Assembly: GCA_016748015.1 (NCBI GenBank)
Contig: JAAOMT010000280.1
Span: 81,046-145,045 of the forward strand
Direction of reading: 5' to 3'
DNA length: 64,000 nucleotides
Source: Geosiphon pyriformis uo1
Taxonomy: Eukaryota > Fungi > Glomeromycota
The position numbers and the translations under genes were made by a program. Shown here piece by piece: positions 1 through 12,777 of this stretch. Positions within the stretch are counted from its first letter, which is position 1. Each line of letters opens with the position of its first letter. The notes under the pieces were generated by a model. It was not told the DNA's origin and did not search any database. It saw only the letters and a list, made by a program, of their open reading frames with translations.

Positions 1-967
1 TTTGTTTAAACAACAAATATAATTAACTGTAGCCAATTTTGCCAAAAATATTAACAGTTGAACATAAAATCTCGTAATATTATTTCAGATAATATGTTAA
101 ATGAGACTAGTATTTAAAATCTTGTACAAAAATATTTTGATCAAAACAGTTTTTTTGAAATAAAAAAGTTTTAAATAACTGTCAAATTTTTGAATTTATT
201 CGAAATTATAATGTTAAATCTCATAGGTCTGAAAAATATAAAACTAATTTTGATGATTTAAATATTTTACTTACAATAACCAAGAAAAGTGTTTTAAAAA
301 TTTGGCAAAAATTTGTTAAAAAAATCGATAATATCAATATCTGTAATTTTTTTGGTGTATATATAAAGCAGTTATTAATAGTATAAACTAAAATTTACAA
401 ACAAATTGTCAAGTATTATTTGTGCCATTTACTTGTATTACAACTATTTAGATAATAACTGTTTACTATAAAGATTTTGAATAATTTTGAATTTTTTAAA
501 ATCCATGGCGAAATAAGTGAATGTTGTAAAATTTTCTTTTAGCCAAAAAAATTTTTTGGTTTAAAAATAAAAACTTGTGATTTGAATTGTTTGTTTATTA
601 AAAAAAAAACAAAGACAATAACTATGTATTTGGTGTATTTGCAATTTTTTTTGGACTTATTACCATTTCAGTATTGTTACATAAAAGACCCAATTATCTT
701 GAATAAAAAAAAACCACACTTTGGTGAAGAGCAAAACAATAATAAAGTGGGAAATTAGACATTAATGAACATGATCAGAAAACTGTATCCAATAAGAAGT
801 TAAGTAGACCAAACTGATGTTCAACTACCTTCTATCAAGATTGTATTTACAGAAAGCTCAAGTTGAACGATGTTGCAACATATCAAAAAAGATGTTTGAA
901 GCTTCAGATGAGATATCATTGAGATTGGCAAATGGAAACCGAAAAAGCACAAAAAAGTTTAAAGAAC

Positions 968-1486
968 TCAAAAAAAGGCAAAAGACTTTAGAACCCTTGC
1001 TATAGAAAAAAAAAATTTTTCGGGTTTTCCTTGCTGACGAGTTTCAGACAAGCTGGTAGTGCTCACATTTTTAGGAAGAGGGCACCAAGTGCAAAAAGTT
1101 TCATGTTTAGCTGAATAAAAAAAACGATAGCAAGAGAAGTTTCTGACTAGTAAATGATTTTTTCCTGTGCCAACAGTGCACGCCTGACATGTGATACAAT
1201 CGCAAGACACTACCAGAGGTAAACAGTGTTGTTACATCAACATTAAATACTCAGAATTTACACAGGACCAAAAGTGCTCTGGTAAAATGCCAAGAGATAT
1301 TTGAAATTCTAACGGTGTCCATACAGATAACTAAAACATTCATGATCTGAAAACAAAACATGTCTTTATTTCTAAATAATTTTTATTGAAAAACAAATTT
1401 TCGGAAGGTAAATCATCATCATCATCATCTTCTTCTTCATTATCATCACCATCATAATCATCATATTGTTTAACAACTTGTTCTTT
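968..1486 (-). pseudogene. Possible decayed gene fragment (acidic stretch followed by a Cys-rich, RING-like segment)
   Basis: Higher-GC island. The minus strand reads KEQVVKQYDDYDGDDNEEEDDDDDDLP, then in another frame FWSCVNSEYLMLM*QHCLPLVVSCDCITCQAC...TFCTWCP. It has an internal stop and a frameshift, and I recognise no family with certainty. Confidence 0.2.
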
Positions 1487-1985
1487 CCTTGGGGGTAATA
1501 AGATAAGATATAAAAACCAGGATATTAATTGTTTTTGATAGAGCCTGGTTTTAAAATGTCACATTTTTTTCAACAACCAAAAATTAAAAAGCATAGATTT
1601 CTCAGCTGGGGAGGATCTAAACATAATTATTCTAGTTTTTAATCTTTTATTTGTACTCAATCTATTAATTTTAAATTAAAATAAACTGGCGATATATGTT
1701 ATCATTAATTATGATAGAAGCTTCGATTCAAATTATCAGTCTTAAATTGGAGTCTTTAACAGGAAAGTATGAATCACTAGAGTAACTTTTCAAAAGTTCC
1801 TAGAACGATATGGAAAGTGGGAGATTTTAACTTTGCCTATTTGAGATGACGTGGAAATTTTAGAATTCTTAGGAAAACGGTTAAATTTCTTGTTTCTAAA
1901 ATTGTTAATTTTTTTGAATTGTGCCCAGTCACTTGTTAACCACGTAAAGTCTGGGTGCTAGGAATCAAGAAATAAAAAATTTCAA

Positions 1986-1992
1986 TATAAAT
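1986..1992 (+). promoter_or_regulatory. Candidate TATA box of peptide gene 1
   Basis: TATAAAT about 150 nt upstream of ATG 2142. Similar TATA boxes lie upstream of genes 3 (~11602), 4 (~14933) and 5 (~47168). Confidence 0.35.
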
Positions 1993-2141
1993 AAGAGACA
2001 TTTGAAAGAACCTCTTCATCAATTAATTTTTTTGTATTTGGTCTTCTTAAGTCACTACAAAAGAAAATAAAAAAACAATTTCTCTTTATTAAAAACTCAA
2101 CGAAAACATCAATTACTCTTTATTAATTCAAAACTTTCAAA

Positions 2142-2637
2142 ATGAAAACCTTTGTTTATACCTCCTTATTGGTCGTTTTTCTTGTTTGCAATATTTTGAC
2201 TGCAACACTGGTGAACGGTAAATATTGAAAAAGTTGAACTTTTATTTAATTACTATCTAATATAAAAAAATTTTTTCTATTCATTAATCAGGTCAAAGAT
2301 GCACAAGTAAGTTTTTCTCTTCTTCTTCTTCTTCTTCTTCTTCTTCTTCTTCTTCTTCTTCTTCTTCTTCTTCTTCTTCTTCTGTTTCTTCTTCAACCAC
2401 TAATACTTTAGGATAAATAAAATTTTATTAATAATGTTGAAATTTTGAATTTCTTTCCATTTATGACGGTAATTCGGATTTTTTTATATACAGCCAATAG
2501 TTGTGAACGTAAGTTTTTCACTGAATAAAATTTGTAAATTGACTTAATGATATTTCTTTTAAAACAATATTTATTTATTTATTTATTTTTTAATAGCTTG
2601 TCGAGTTTCTTGCGAAGGGGGCCAATGCACTTGTTAA
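2142..2637 (+). CDS. Secreted cysteine-rich peptide 1 (48 aa; 22-aa six-Cys defensin/toxin-like mature peptide), 4 exons
   Basis: Exons 2142-2217, 2292-2306, 2494-2508 and 2597-2637. Donors are GTAAAT/GTAAGT/GTAAGT, acceptors CAG/CAG/TAG, all phase 1. Spliced translation: MKTFVYTSLLVVFLVCNILTATLVNG-QRCTTNSCEPCRVSCEGGQCTC*. Confidence 0.85.
2320..2382. repeat. (TTC)n microsatellite in intron 2 of peptide gene 1
   Basis: About 20 uninterrupted TTC units. Confidence 0.95.
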
Positions 2638-3599
2638 GTATTCAAAGAGATACTCTGCTTTAAATCTTATCCTTTATACAAAAAATGTAAATATAGGATA
2701 TAAAAGTTTATAAAGCATTTAATAACCCATTTTTTGAGGTAAATACTCGAATGAAATATTACTTTATATATATTTATTAATTAGTTATTTATCTAGAAAT
2801 ATCATTTTAATTAAGTTCAAACTTTATTGTATTTCATAAAATTATTTATTATTAATAATTAAACAAATAGATTTCGAGATTATAAATTTAAAAAGTAAAA
2901 TCAATTATCACATTAGAAATAAAAAAATTTCAATTGTATTTTTGATTAGAAAAAAAAATATTAAGGGAATAAAAGTATAAAAGTAAGAAGACCATTAGTT
3001 AATACCAAAAAAATTTTACTCTGAAGATTAAAAAAAATTACTTCAACAGGAGGTATATCTCGTTTCTATTTTTGAAATAATAAAAGTTTCCAAGAAAATG
3101 TTACAAATTGATTTGAACTTCATATTTTCAATCGAATAAAATGATCCTTTTAAGATTAATCCAAGATAATATCAAAAGAATATTTATTGTTTTTAAACAT
3201 AACATAAAAAAGAATTTTCTATGGATTCTAGATTGACCCTTAACCTTAATTAAAGTCATAATTCAATATTACCCAATTGGATGACTTGATATAGATAATT
3301 TTGTTGTTATTAAATCTAGAAAAGTGAAATGAAAAATTTTCAAATCTTTATTTTTGGGTTATTTGGATGGAATCGTAGAAAAAATATTTGTATCAAACTC
3401 GCTACGTATGTTAAAGAATTTCAAATTTTTTTTTAAGTGTTTAAAGAATTTTGTTGAAATATGGTGCAAACCATTTATAATCATCAAAAATGTAGATCAG
3501 TCCGAAATTTTAAATGATAATTTTCACGTGTTTTTATTTATATAATTAAATTTTATTGGTTAATATACATGTGGTTTTAATATATTATTTATAATAAAA

Positions 3600-6500
3600 A
3601 ATAAAATTTTATTAAATTTTATATAGTATAAAACCAAATACAGTATTACAAAGTTTGAATATTATTTAATTTGTCTAATTCTTCAAGAATATTATCTGGA
3701 ATTTTTTTATGAAATTTATACTTTTTTATAGCATATTCTACTAATTTTCTATTAAAATCTTTTCTATAAAAATCTATATAACACCAACATTTTCTTGAAA
3801 ATCATCTAATAGTTATTAAAGATACTGATTCAAGACTTTTAAGCACTGTTTTTTGTAATTTTTTTCATGAATAATTGTATTTGTTATGTATATATCTTTT
3901 AGCAACTTCTCAATATCTTTTAATAAAATTTAATTCACAATAAAATTTTGGAAAAAAATGCACTTATGTTCCATACTTTTGAATAATTCTTCAATTGCAT
4001 TTTTTTGAACAAGAAAATTGGATTCCAAAGATATTACTTGACATGCACAACAAAAAACTTTTAAAGAAACTTTGATTTTTTTTTTGCATTTTTAGCATTC
4101 TAATACTAATTTTTTAATGACCATTTTTCTCATTCTATTAATATTTGTTTAATTTCTTTAGACAATCTTTAAAGTTTTTCATCTAAATATATTTCTGAGA
4201 AGATCATTGATTATAATTAATTATCTAATCTAAAAAAATATCTTGTATTAATAATTGCTTTTTACTTGGACTTAAATTTATCCTGTTTACAATTAAAGCA
4301 TTTTTACAAAATGTTGCATGATTAAAACTATTATTATAAACAAATATGGCTGTACAATTCAGATATAATTTCTCAAAAATTGGAATTGTTTTACATTTAA
4401 TTTGTTTAAGAAAATGGTCTGCTGTCTAATAACTATCTTGATTTATATCAAATTGCAAATAACATTGTGTTTTTTCTGGTATATTAAAATATTTTCTATA
4501 TCATTTTGTTGTAAACATAAATGTTTATTAATTTTAGTTAGAAATTCACTAATCATAATTAATCTTCTATTTCTTTTTTTTCTTAGCAGCAAATTTTTAT
4601 GCTTAGCTTATATGTCATACTTGCCATTATTTGAATAAAAAATGCATTTATTATGAATTACAAAAACTTTTTTTTCTTTTTATTAAGTAAGTTAGAATCT
4701 ATTTGATCCATAAATTTATTTTTATACTTTGATATATACTTTTTATGCTCATATATTTTTTCTAAATATTCTTTTTAAGATTACAAGACATTATTTTTTT
4801 ATGTCAATTATAATATAAGTCTTAATGATGTTGTTGAAATAAATAACCAAGAATTTAGAGTCATTTTATTACAATTATAAAACTAATAGTTTTTTTTTTT
4901 ATTATTATTCTAATATTAGGAAACAATTCATGCTCAATAAATTTTTTAAATGTAGCTAAAATAGCATTGAAGTTTTGGTTTCTAATCCAAATATGACATT
5001 TTTTTACAATGTTTTCATTATCAATTATTTTAATTGTTTTTTGATGTTTTCTATATTTTGATGTTGAAAATTTATTATTAAACAATTAATATTTTGCAAG
5101 ATATCAAATTTTTTGTGCTTTTTAGATACTACCATTAATAAAAACTTTCTGGGGAATTTTCAAACTGGCATTAATTTTTTCATCTCTATTATTATTATTT
5201 AACAAGATAAGATATTTAAAAATAGCTTTTTTTGATTATATTTGAAAACAGTTAACTGAATATGTTGTTTTTCTAAATGTTTTTTTAATTCTTGTCCTTT
5301 TTTTATTCGATTAACATACAAATTAACTTTACTTTCTGCATAGTTTGAAAATTTATTAGATTTGGGCCATTGTAAGTCTGTAGTTTAAGTATTACTAATA
5401 TTAAAAAAAGTAATAATTTTTTTAATTCCAGCTGCTGCTTTGGTAAATAAACTATTTGGTCTATATTTATTATAATAAATTGACTTTGGTATTTTTTTTG
5501 TTATATAAAAGTCTTGTTTCTTTTTTTCTAGATGATTGTTGTTTTTTTATACTAAACTAAGTTTTTTTAATTTTGTATTTATTTTAATTGCAGCTTTCAT
5601 ATCTTTTGTATCATTCCATTTGCTGTTATTATTGTTATCTCATTTTTTATTACTAATATCTAATTTATTAAATTTGTTTATTTTAATATCATAATTATTT
5701 ATTAATATAGTATGATATGTTTTTTATATAATCTTTTTGTATTTCTAATTTAATTTTTAGCTTTTTTTTTTTTAGAATAAAGTGGCATTTTTTTATGTAA
5801 TATAATATTAATCTAATATGTAATTGATGCTTGGACAAAATTAAAGGATTTAAATCATGTAATATTACACAACAAAATTATATTACAATAGAAATAGCAT
5901 TTTTAACTCAGATATATATTTATTTTTTAAATTTTTTTGGTTCTAATTTAAACTTTAATTTCTGTTTTGTAGTTCTAAATAAAAAATAATCAAAAAAAAC
6001 TCTTTTGGTATTCATCAAAAAAAATTTTTTATTGGGATCAAAAAGATTATCTGAGTCAAAAATTCAGGTGACATTAATAAAAATAGTTATCACAAAAATC
6101 TTTTTGATTTATAACAAAAAATTTGAACAAAAAAGTCTAATATTAACAATTATATAACTAATTTAAAAAAAACCCAATTTTTAAATTGAAGCTGATCTTT
6201 CAGAGCTGATAAAAGATTTATTGTAAATGATTGTTAATTAAAAAGATAGTAGATAAGAATATTTGAAATAAATTTTAATTTTAGTATTACAGTCTAGTTG
6301 TGATTTTTTATTTTCATATTTAATAGTTGATAATATACTGAATTATTTATGAATTTACTGTCCAAAGAAAAATATTCAGAATATTATGATGTAATCAAAG
6401 AGTTAAGATTCTTACATATGATTAAAGTTGGTATTATGCACTTTTTTCTCATCAGTTGCTTAATATTTAACATATGTTTTCTATATCACATTAGTAAAAA

Positions 6501-9000
6501 ATTCGAAAAAAAATTATCTATTTATGAATTTAAAACTTGCAATTAATTTCGAAAATACCATGTATTTTAATAATGATTCACATATTTTCAAAAATGCTAA
6601 ATTCTTACAAGTAAGAAATTTATTAGGTCTTTACAAAAAAATCTGGGTTTTATCTACTTGAACTAATATATTTTATATATTTTTTGCATCAAAATAAACT
6701 TATTAAAAAATATATAATACTAACAAAAAAGCTATTTAAAATTATAGACTTTAAGACAACTTTAGTTTTTTCAATCAAAGTAAAGCCAAAAATTTTTCAA
6801 TTCTAATCTGATTCTCTTAAATTAATATTAATTAATATAAGTTTTTTAATTATTATAATAAGCTATTATATATTATATTCTAATAAATTGTTGAAATATT
6901 CAACAATTAAAATTTTTTTTACAGTTTAGAAAACCAATTCTAAAACTAGATCATAATTTAATTGAATACACAATAGATATTTTAGTCATTATATTTTTTT
7001 TTGATATAATTTATTATTTAAATATTAAATTTAATTAGAAACTTTTATTATAAAAAATTTTGTATATCTCTTAAATCCAAACAATTTTTTAAAACACAAC
7101 ATTATAGTTATTGAAAAGTTATTTGTAAATTCAAAATAAGTATTTACATTATAATAAAAATGATACTGGTTAAAATTTTCAAAGTTGTTTATTGTTTTTT
7201 ACCTTTCATAAATTGCAAAAACAGTTTATGGATTCTTTTTTTTTCAGATTTAATCAAGTTAATTTTTAATTATGAATACTATTTTTATGCTTTACATTTT
7301 TAAGCTTTTATTCATTTCTCTTATTAGATAAAACATAATTTATTTCTAAAATTTTATGAAAAAAAAGTGTTTAAAACATCAGTTATTAAAGAACATATAT
7401 TATAAAATATTGTAAGAAAATATTATATTATGTACATAGAGATTATGTTTAAGATATAATATTCATTTAGAAATTGTTATATAATTACTGTAAGTTTAAT
7501 TTCACACAATTTATTTATAGAATATCCTAAAAGATTTAATGACAATAATATCTATATATGTAAATTTTCATATGTAATAATATTAAAATTTTTTGCTACT
7601 ATTAACAATTGAAAAAATACTTTTTTCTGTGTCTCAAGTTATATTAATACACATAATACACTATTTAACAAGGAAGTTTTTCAGCAGAATTTGCCTTTGG
7701 ATTTTTTTATACAGCATATTTTTAATTAAAAACCAATTAACAATACATCAAAAACTCGAAATAAACAAATTTCTTCTTTATTTATATTTCTATTATTATA
7801 TATTACTATATAATAACAAAAGCTAACAAATGTCTTTAGAAATCAGCATATGCAGAATAAAACATTTGGGAAAATAAAGTTGAAAATTAAAGTTTCAGAT
7901 AATATAAATATCAACCAGCCATATATTTGTCTAATTCAACAGTTAAGTTATATGATCAATTGTTTTTGACTATATTATTTTATCTAGTTTTTTCAATTTA
8001 TCTTGAAAGCTTTGTTCCAAAATCTCCGAAAAAAATCTCACATCTGCTTAAATTGATACATCCATATAATGAAAATAAGCACATAAAAAAAACCAATTTA
8101 ATAGAATATAAATTATTGATTAAATATTAGATAATAAGACAGATATTAAACTTACTATACAAAAAAACTTAAAAATTACATAAAAGTTAACAATTATAAT
8201 ATTTACAAAAGTATTTAGCAGACTTTTTCAACCATAAATAAAAACATATTAGAAACATTTATCAAGTTATCAAATAGTATTATTCACTTTGTAATGCATG
8301 CTTTAAACATTATAGTATATAATACTGCAAAAAAAAATAAGCCATTTATAATTTATTACAGAGTTTATTTATTAAAAAATTAATTGTATTAATTTTTTTC
8401 ATAAATTTTGAGCTGTATTTTTGCTTCAAAATATAGGAATTGAGGCAAATGATTGATCTTTTGCAATGTTTTTTATACTAAACATTTTGTTTATAGTATT
8501 ATTCTTGAGCTAACAGCCAATTACATTACAGTTATTCTAATTTTTGTCTTAAATTTGCTGTTCTCAACACCAAAGCCAGTTGTTTTCAATGTTTATTAAG
8601 AAAAACACAAGGTTACAAATAGAGTACAAATAACATTCCCAAATTCTTTAACAATTACTCATAATACTTTTATAATTTTTTTGGCATCTGGTGTGAACAA
8701 TATTGATATTTGAATTTCTGTTCTGATAATAACAATTAAATATAATAATAGTGTGAATGGAATATTTATGGTTAATAATGCTGTGTCATCAGCAGAAGAC
8801 ACACAAACCAAGAGATATTATATCTTTATAAAAAAGTGATTATCTAAAAATTAGATTAATATTAATTAAAAGTTTTTCTGAAAATGATAATATTTTGATG
8901 ATTTATTATATGGTAATGTGATTTTAATGATTGTTGATTGGCTAAAATCTAATTGATTAGCATTCGAAAATTAAAAATTAATAATAAAAATGGCTAATTT
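3600..9000 (-). mobile_element. Heavily decayed, probably transposon-derived coding remnant (unclassified)
   Basis: CpG-depleted AT-rich block with stop-riddled protein-like fragments on the minus strand (e.g. KCHIWIRNQNFNAILATFKKFIEHELFP; NISN..TDLQWPKS). No termini found; boundaries approximate. Confidence 0.3.
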
Positions 9001-10699
9001 TAAACTTTAATAACTTTATAAAATAGAATATAATACAAAAAATTAAACTGTATATATGAAAGAAAAAAACGTAATCTATCATATTTATGGTTTAGTTTTT
9101 TAATATTATTAAAATTGGAAAACTATATAAAATTTAAAATTATATAAATTGTTTGATGACTATAAATAGTTTGCACCATATGAATTTAGAAAGTTTCAAG
9201 TTTCCAAAAAAAAAAAAATTTTTTTTGTGTAAATAATAAAAAATTAATTGTTCAATAAATATTTACACAATTAAAAAACTAAATTAAATATTAATATTGA
9301 ATAATAACACATTAATTTAATAATAATAATAATAATGAGAATAATAATGAGAATAATTCCTTGGATATTTTAAAAATTGATGAATTTAAAATTTTTCAAA
9401 TGATATTGAAAAGTGTGAACAGAGTTAATGATCAACACACAAAAAACTTTATTCAATAAATCGTTTTGATCAAAATACAAGAATTTTATAAAGGAGTCAT
9501 AAAAGGTAAAAAAAATAAAAATAAAAAAGTTGTATAAAAGTTAATTTTCGCCTATCTATTGTCAAGTTTTTTTTTTGCATATATTAAAATCTCATGCCCC
9601 AGTTTCCCTATAATAATAATAATAATAATAAATTCCTACATAATGAATTCTGCAAAATGCAATATCATTAAAATATTTATAGAATTTGGAATGTCTAATA
9701 TTTTATAAAGTTAATTTAATTCCATTTCAAAAATTGGACTATTTAAAATTTTTCATTTTCGTTAGAATACCAAAATTTTAAGCATAAATTATAAAGTCTT
9801 TTTCACAGCCACTCGGAATAACAATTAAAATTTAAAATGTAATGTTCTTGAATTTTTTCAATACATGCAAAATTTCAAGATTTGTTCATTTTGCTTATTA
9901 ATTTCACATTCGGAATAACAATTAATACTATTATTAATAATGGTTCAGTTGGGGGCAACGAAACGAGAAAGTGACTCTTATTTGTTAAAATCAAAAAATT
10001 TAACCTTTTAACCTTGAACCAAACTAATTTACATACTAATATCTTGCTTTTAAAAAATATTTTCTTCTTATTAAAAGTAATTCTGACACTTTATCTCTTT
10101 TTCGTGTAAAATAAATAAATAAAAAATTTCATAATTTACCAATACATATATATGTCTATGATTAACCATCCGTAATATAGACTTCTGAATATTCAGCCAA
10201 AAAATCGATTAGGGGGCTTGAATTCTTATATTCTGAGATGGAAATTATTTTTTCAATCAAAAGTTTGAAAACCTCTGGATCTTGATAATCTCACTTTACT
10301 AAATATCTTTGAATATTTTTTCTACATTTCGATATTCATTCCTATTCCTATTCCTATTCCCATTCCCATTGATACAAAAAAATTTATAGATAAATGTATT
10401 TTATTTTATTTTATTTTTATTTTTTAAAAACTTAATTGATTCGCGAGTTTAGAAGTTTTCCATGAATTAGAATATATAAAATTCTATTTAAAAGCCCTAA
10501 CCAAAGTCTTGAATTATAAAAGCAATTTAACAAGAGCCAGAATGTGGCTCTTGTTAAATATTTGTGATTTATACGAAAAATTTTCGATGATTGGTTCAAA
10601 TCTTTGATTCCAATCTTTTTTTGGAATGATTAATTTTAATTTTCAAAAAAAAAAGAAAAAAAAAACTTAAAAAATAATTATTAATTCAAGGAAAAAAAA

Positions 10700-10930
10700 A
10701 TGATTCCTAAAAATTTCTCCTGGAAATTGACTTTTTTGATTCTTATTGGACTATCCATGATTTTTTCCACTGGAGATGGTTAGTTTTTTTTTTATCACAT
10801 CTTATTAATCTGCTAAATAAGTGCTTAAAACACACATTTTTAATTTATTTAATATCTACTCTTATTATTATTATTATTATTATTATTATTCTCAGGTGAT
10901 TACCTTTTTCAGCCAGTCAATTATTTATAA
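10700..10930 (+). pseudogene. Truncated or chimeric paralogue of peptide gene 3 (signal-peptide exon plus an unrelated short exon)
   Basis: Exon 1 10700-10778 reads MIPKNFSWKLTFLILIGLSMIFSTGD-G, nearly the same as gene 3. Intron 1 is homologous to the gene 3 intron up to a (TTA)n tract. The acceptor CAG at 10895 gives GDYLFQPVNYL* (37 aa, no Cys). Confidence 0.6.
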
Positions 10931-11735
10931 TCAAAACCTTCAAAACGTTTTCGGCTGTGGAAACACTCCATTAATTAATTAGTAAAACTATGATCCCATA
11001 TTCTTTCAATTTTTAGGTTCAAAATAAATAAAAAGATAAAAAAGCCCAATATACATATATATATATATATAGATATAGATATAGCTATAATTAAATAATC
11101 CATTCATGATTTCCTAATTGAAATGTTTATCTTGTTCACGAGCAAAAAATGTTAAAAAAACCAAATCAGGAATACTCGGGATGTTCCATATTTAGTAGTA
11201 ACCGCAATAAAAGAAGAAACATAAAATTGGATTTCTTGATCAGAATTCTAATTTGATAAAGAATATATATTTTTTTAAAGATTGTTTTGGATTTTCACTA
11301 TTATAAACTCATTAAAAAACAAATTGTTTCTTTCATAGAATAGAATTTCAAACAAGAAAATCTGTCATCTACCGTTTATCACGCTCAAATCAAACAATTT
11401 ATTCTCAAATTAAGTTTTCTATGAAAAAGCACATTTATCCCATGATTGGATATCTCTTTCTCTTTCTCTAAACTTTAATCTTTTCTCCCGAGACAAACTT
11501 AGTAAACGTTCCACTATTTAATTTACACAAGGAACAAGGAAAGAAGAAATGTTAGAGGATCCTAAAATTAAAAATCGAATACATCTCAAAAAATAATCTT
11601 ATATAAAACCCGTCTTGATCTCATTTCTTTTCCGTTTTTTTATCAATCCAGCATATTTCATATTCTCTCAATCAGAATTTTGTTAAAAATTGATAATTTC
11701 CAACTTTCATACATTATTAATTCAAAACAAAAAAC

Positions 11736-12072
11736 ATGCTTCCTAAAAATTTCTCTTGGAAATTAAGTTTTTTGATTCTTGTTGCGCTATCGATAATTCT
11801 TTCAACTGCTAATGGTTAATTTTTTATTATTATCTCATATCTTACCAATCTACTAATTAAGTGACTAAAAAACACTTATTTTTAATTTATCTAATATCTA
11901 CTCATTATTATTATTATTATTATTATTAAAACCGTAATTAGGAAGCCCATTAGAGTATAAATCCAAAAGATCATTTACACCCTGTTTCAAGGCATGCATT
12001 CAAGGCTATGTTTGTGCAAAGAATGGCAATTGTGTTCTTGAAAGTAAGTACTATTAAATAACATTAAAAGCA

Positions 12073-12113
<41 letters not shown>

Positions 12114-12308
12114 ATAGTAGCCTCTCTTACCAATAAAAACAAACTTTTAATTTAAAATTCTTCTATTCTGACCCCAGAAACCAAAGGCTACAACGAAAAA
12201 TGTGATGATGATAGTAACTCACAGCCAGTTTGTAATATGTTATGTATCATTGGCAAACACTGCGAAATCATTGACAACAAAGCAGAATGTGTGGATAACA
12301 CGGTATAA
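11736..12308 (+). CDS. Secreted cysteine-rich protein 3 (103 aa; signal peptide, KR-ending propeptide, two C-x3-C-x2-G-x2-C-x5/8-C-V repeats), 3 exons
   Basis: Exons 11736-11814, 11942-12043 and 12178-12308 with phase-1 GT-AG introns. Translation: MLPKNFSWKLSFLILVALSIILSTANG-SPLEYKSKR-SFTPCFKACIQGYVCAKNGNCVLEKTKGYNEKCDDDSNSQPVCNMLCIIGKHCEIIDNKAECVDNTV*. AATAAA follows downstream. Confidence 0.88.
12075..12109. repeat. (CT)n microsatellite in intron 2 of gene 3
   Basis: Perfect CT run. Confidence 0.9.
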
Positions 12309-12777
12309 CATGAAAACCACCTGTTCTTATTTAATAAAAAACGCTAAAGAGTCTTGTATCTATGTGTAAAATTAGATAAAACAGTGGTTGAAATCTTTAG
12401 AAGGAATTTTTTTTTGATATAAGATTTTGGGTAATCATAAATAAATAAATAATTAATATATTTATTTATTTATTTATTTATTTAAACACATCTTTCATAC
12501 GGTATAAAATATTTTCTTGTTAAATTAAAGGCTTTGCAAATTTTTTTTTTTGAAAAGCCATATTATCAAGCTTTGTATTTGATGAAAAACAAATATATTT
12601 AGCTTAAATAAGGGGTTTTTCATCAAATAAAAGGTTTTATTATACTGTATATATGTTAAAAAAATTTTTTTTTTAAACATAATTTAAATTAAATAACTTT
12701 ATTTTATTCTTGAAAAATAAATAAATAACTTTTATTTACTTGAAAAAAATTTAATATTAACTTTTGTAAATATATTT

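Noticed and set aside
817-1005. 62-aa + strand ORF with a Lys-rich end
   Set aside because: No recognisable motif or splice structure, and it overlaps an equally weak opposite-strand frame.
3354-8130. Short F/I/L/K/N-rich ORFs in the track
   Set aside because: Composition is that expected from random AT-rich or decayed TE DNA; no coherent gene model.
9813-9925. 16-bp direct repeat TCGGAATAACAATTAA, 97 bp apart
   Set aside because: Only two copies with no element between them, so it cannot be called a TSD or regulatory site.
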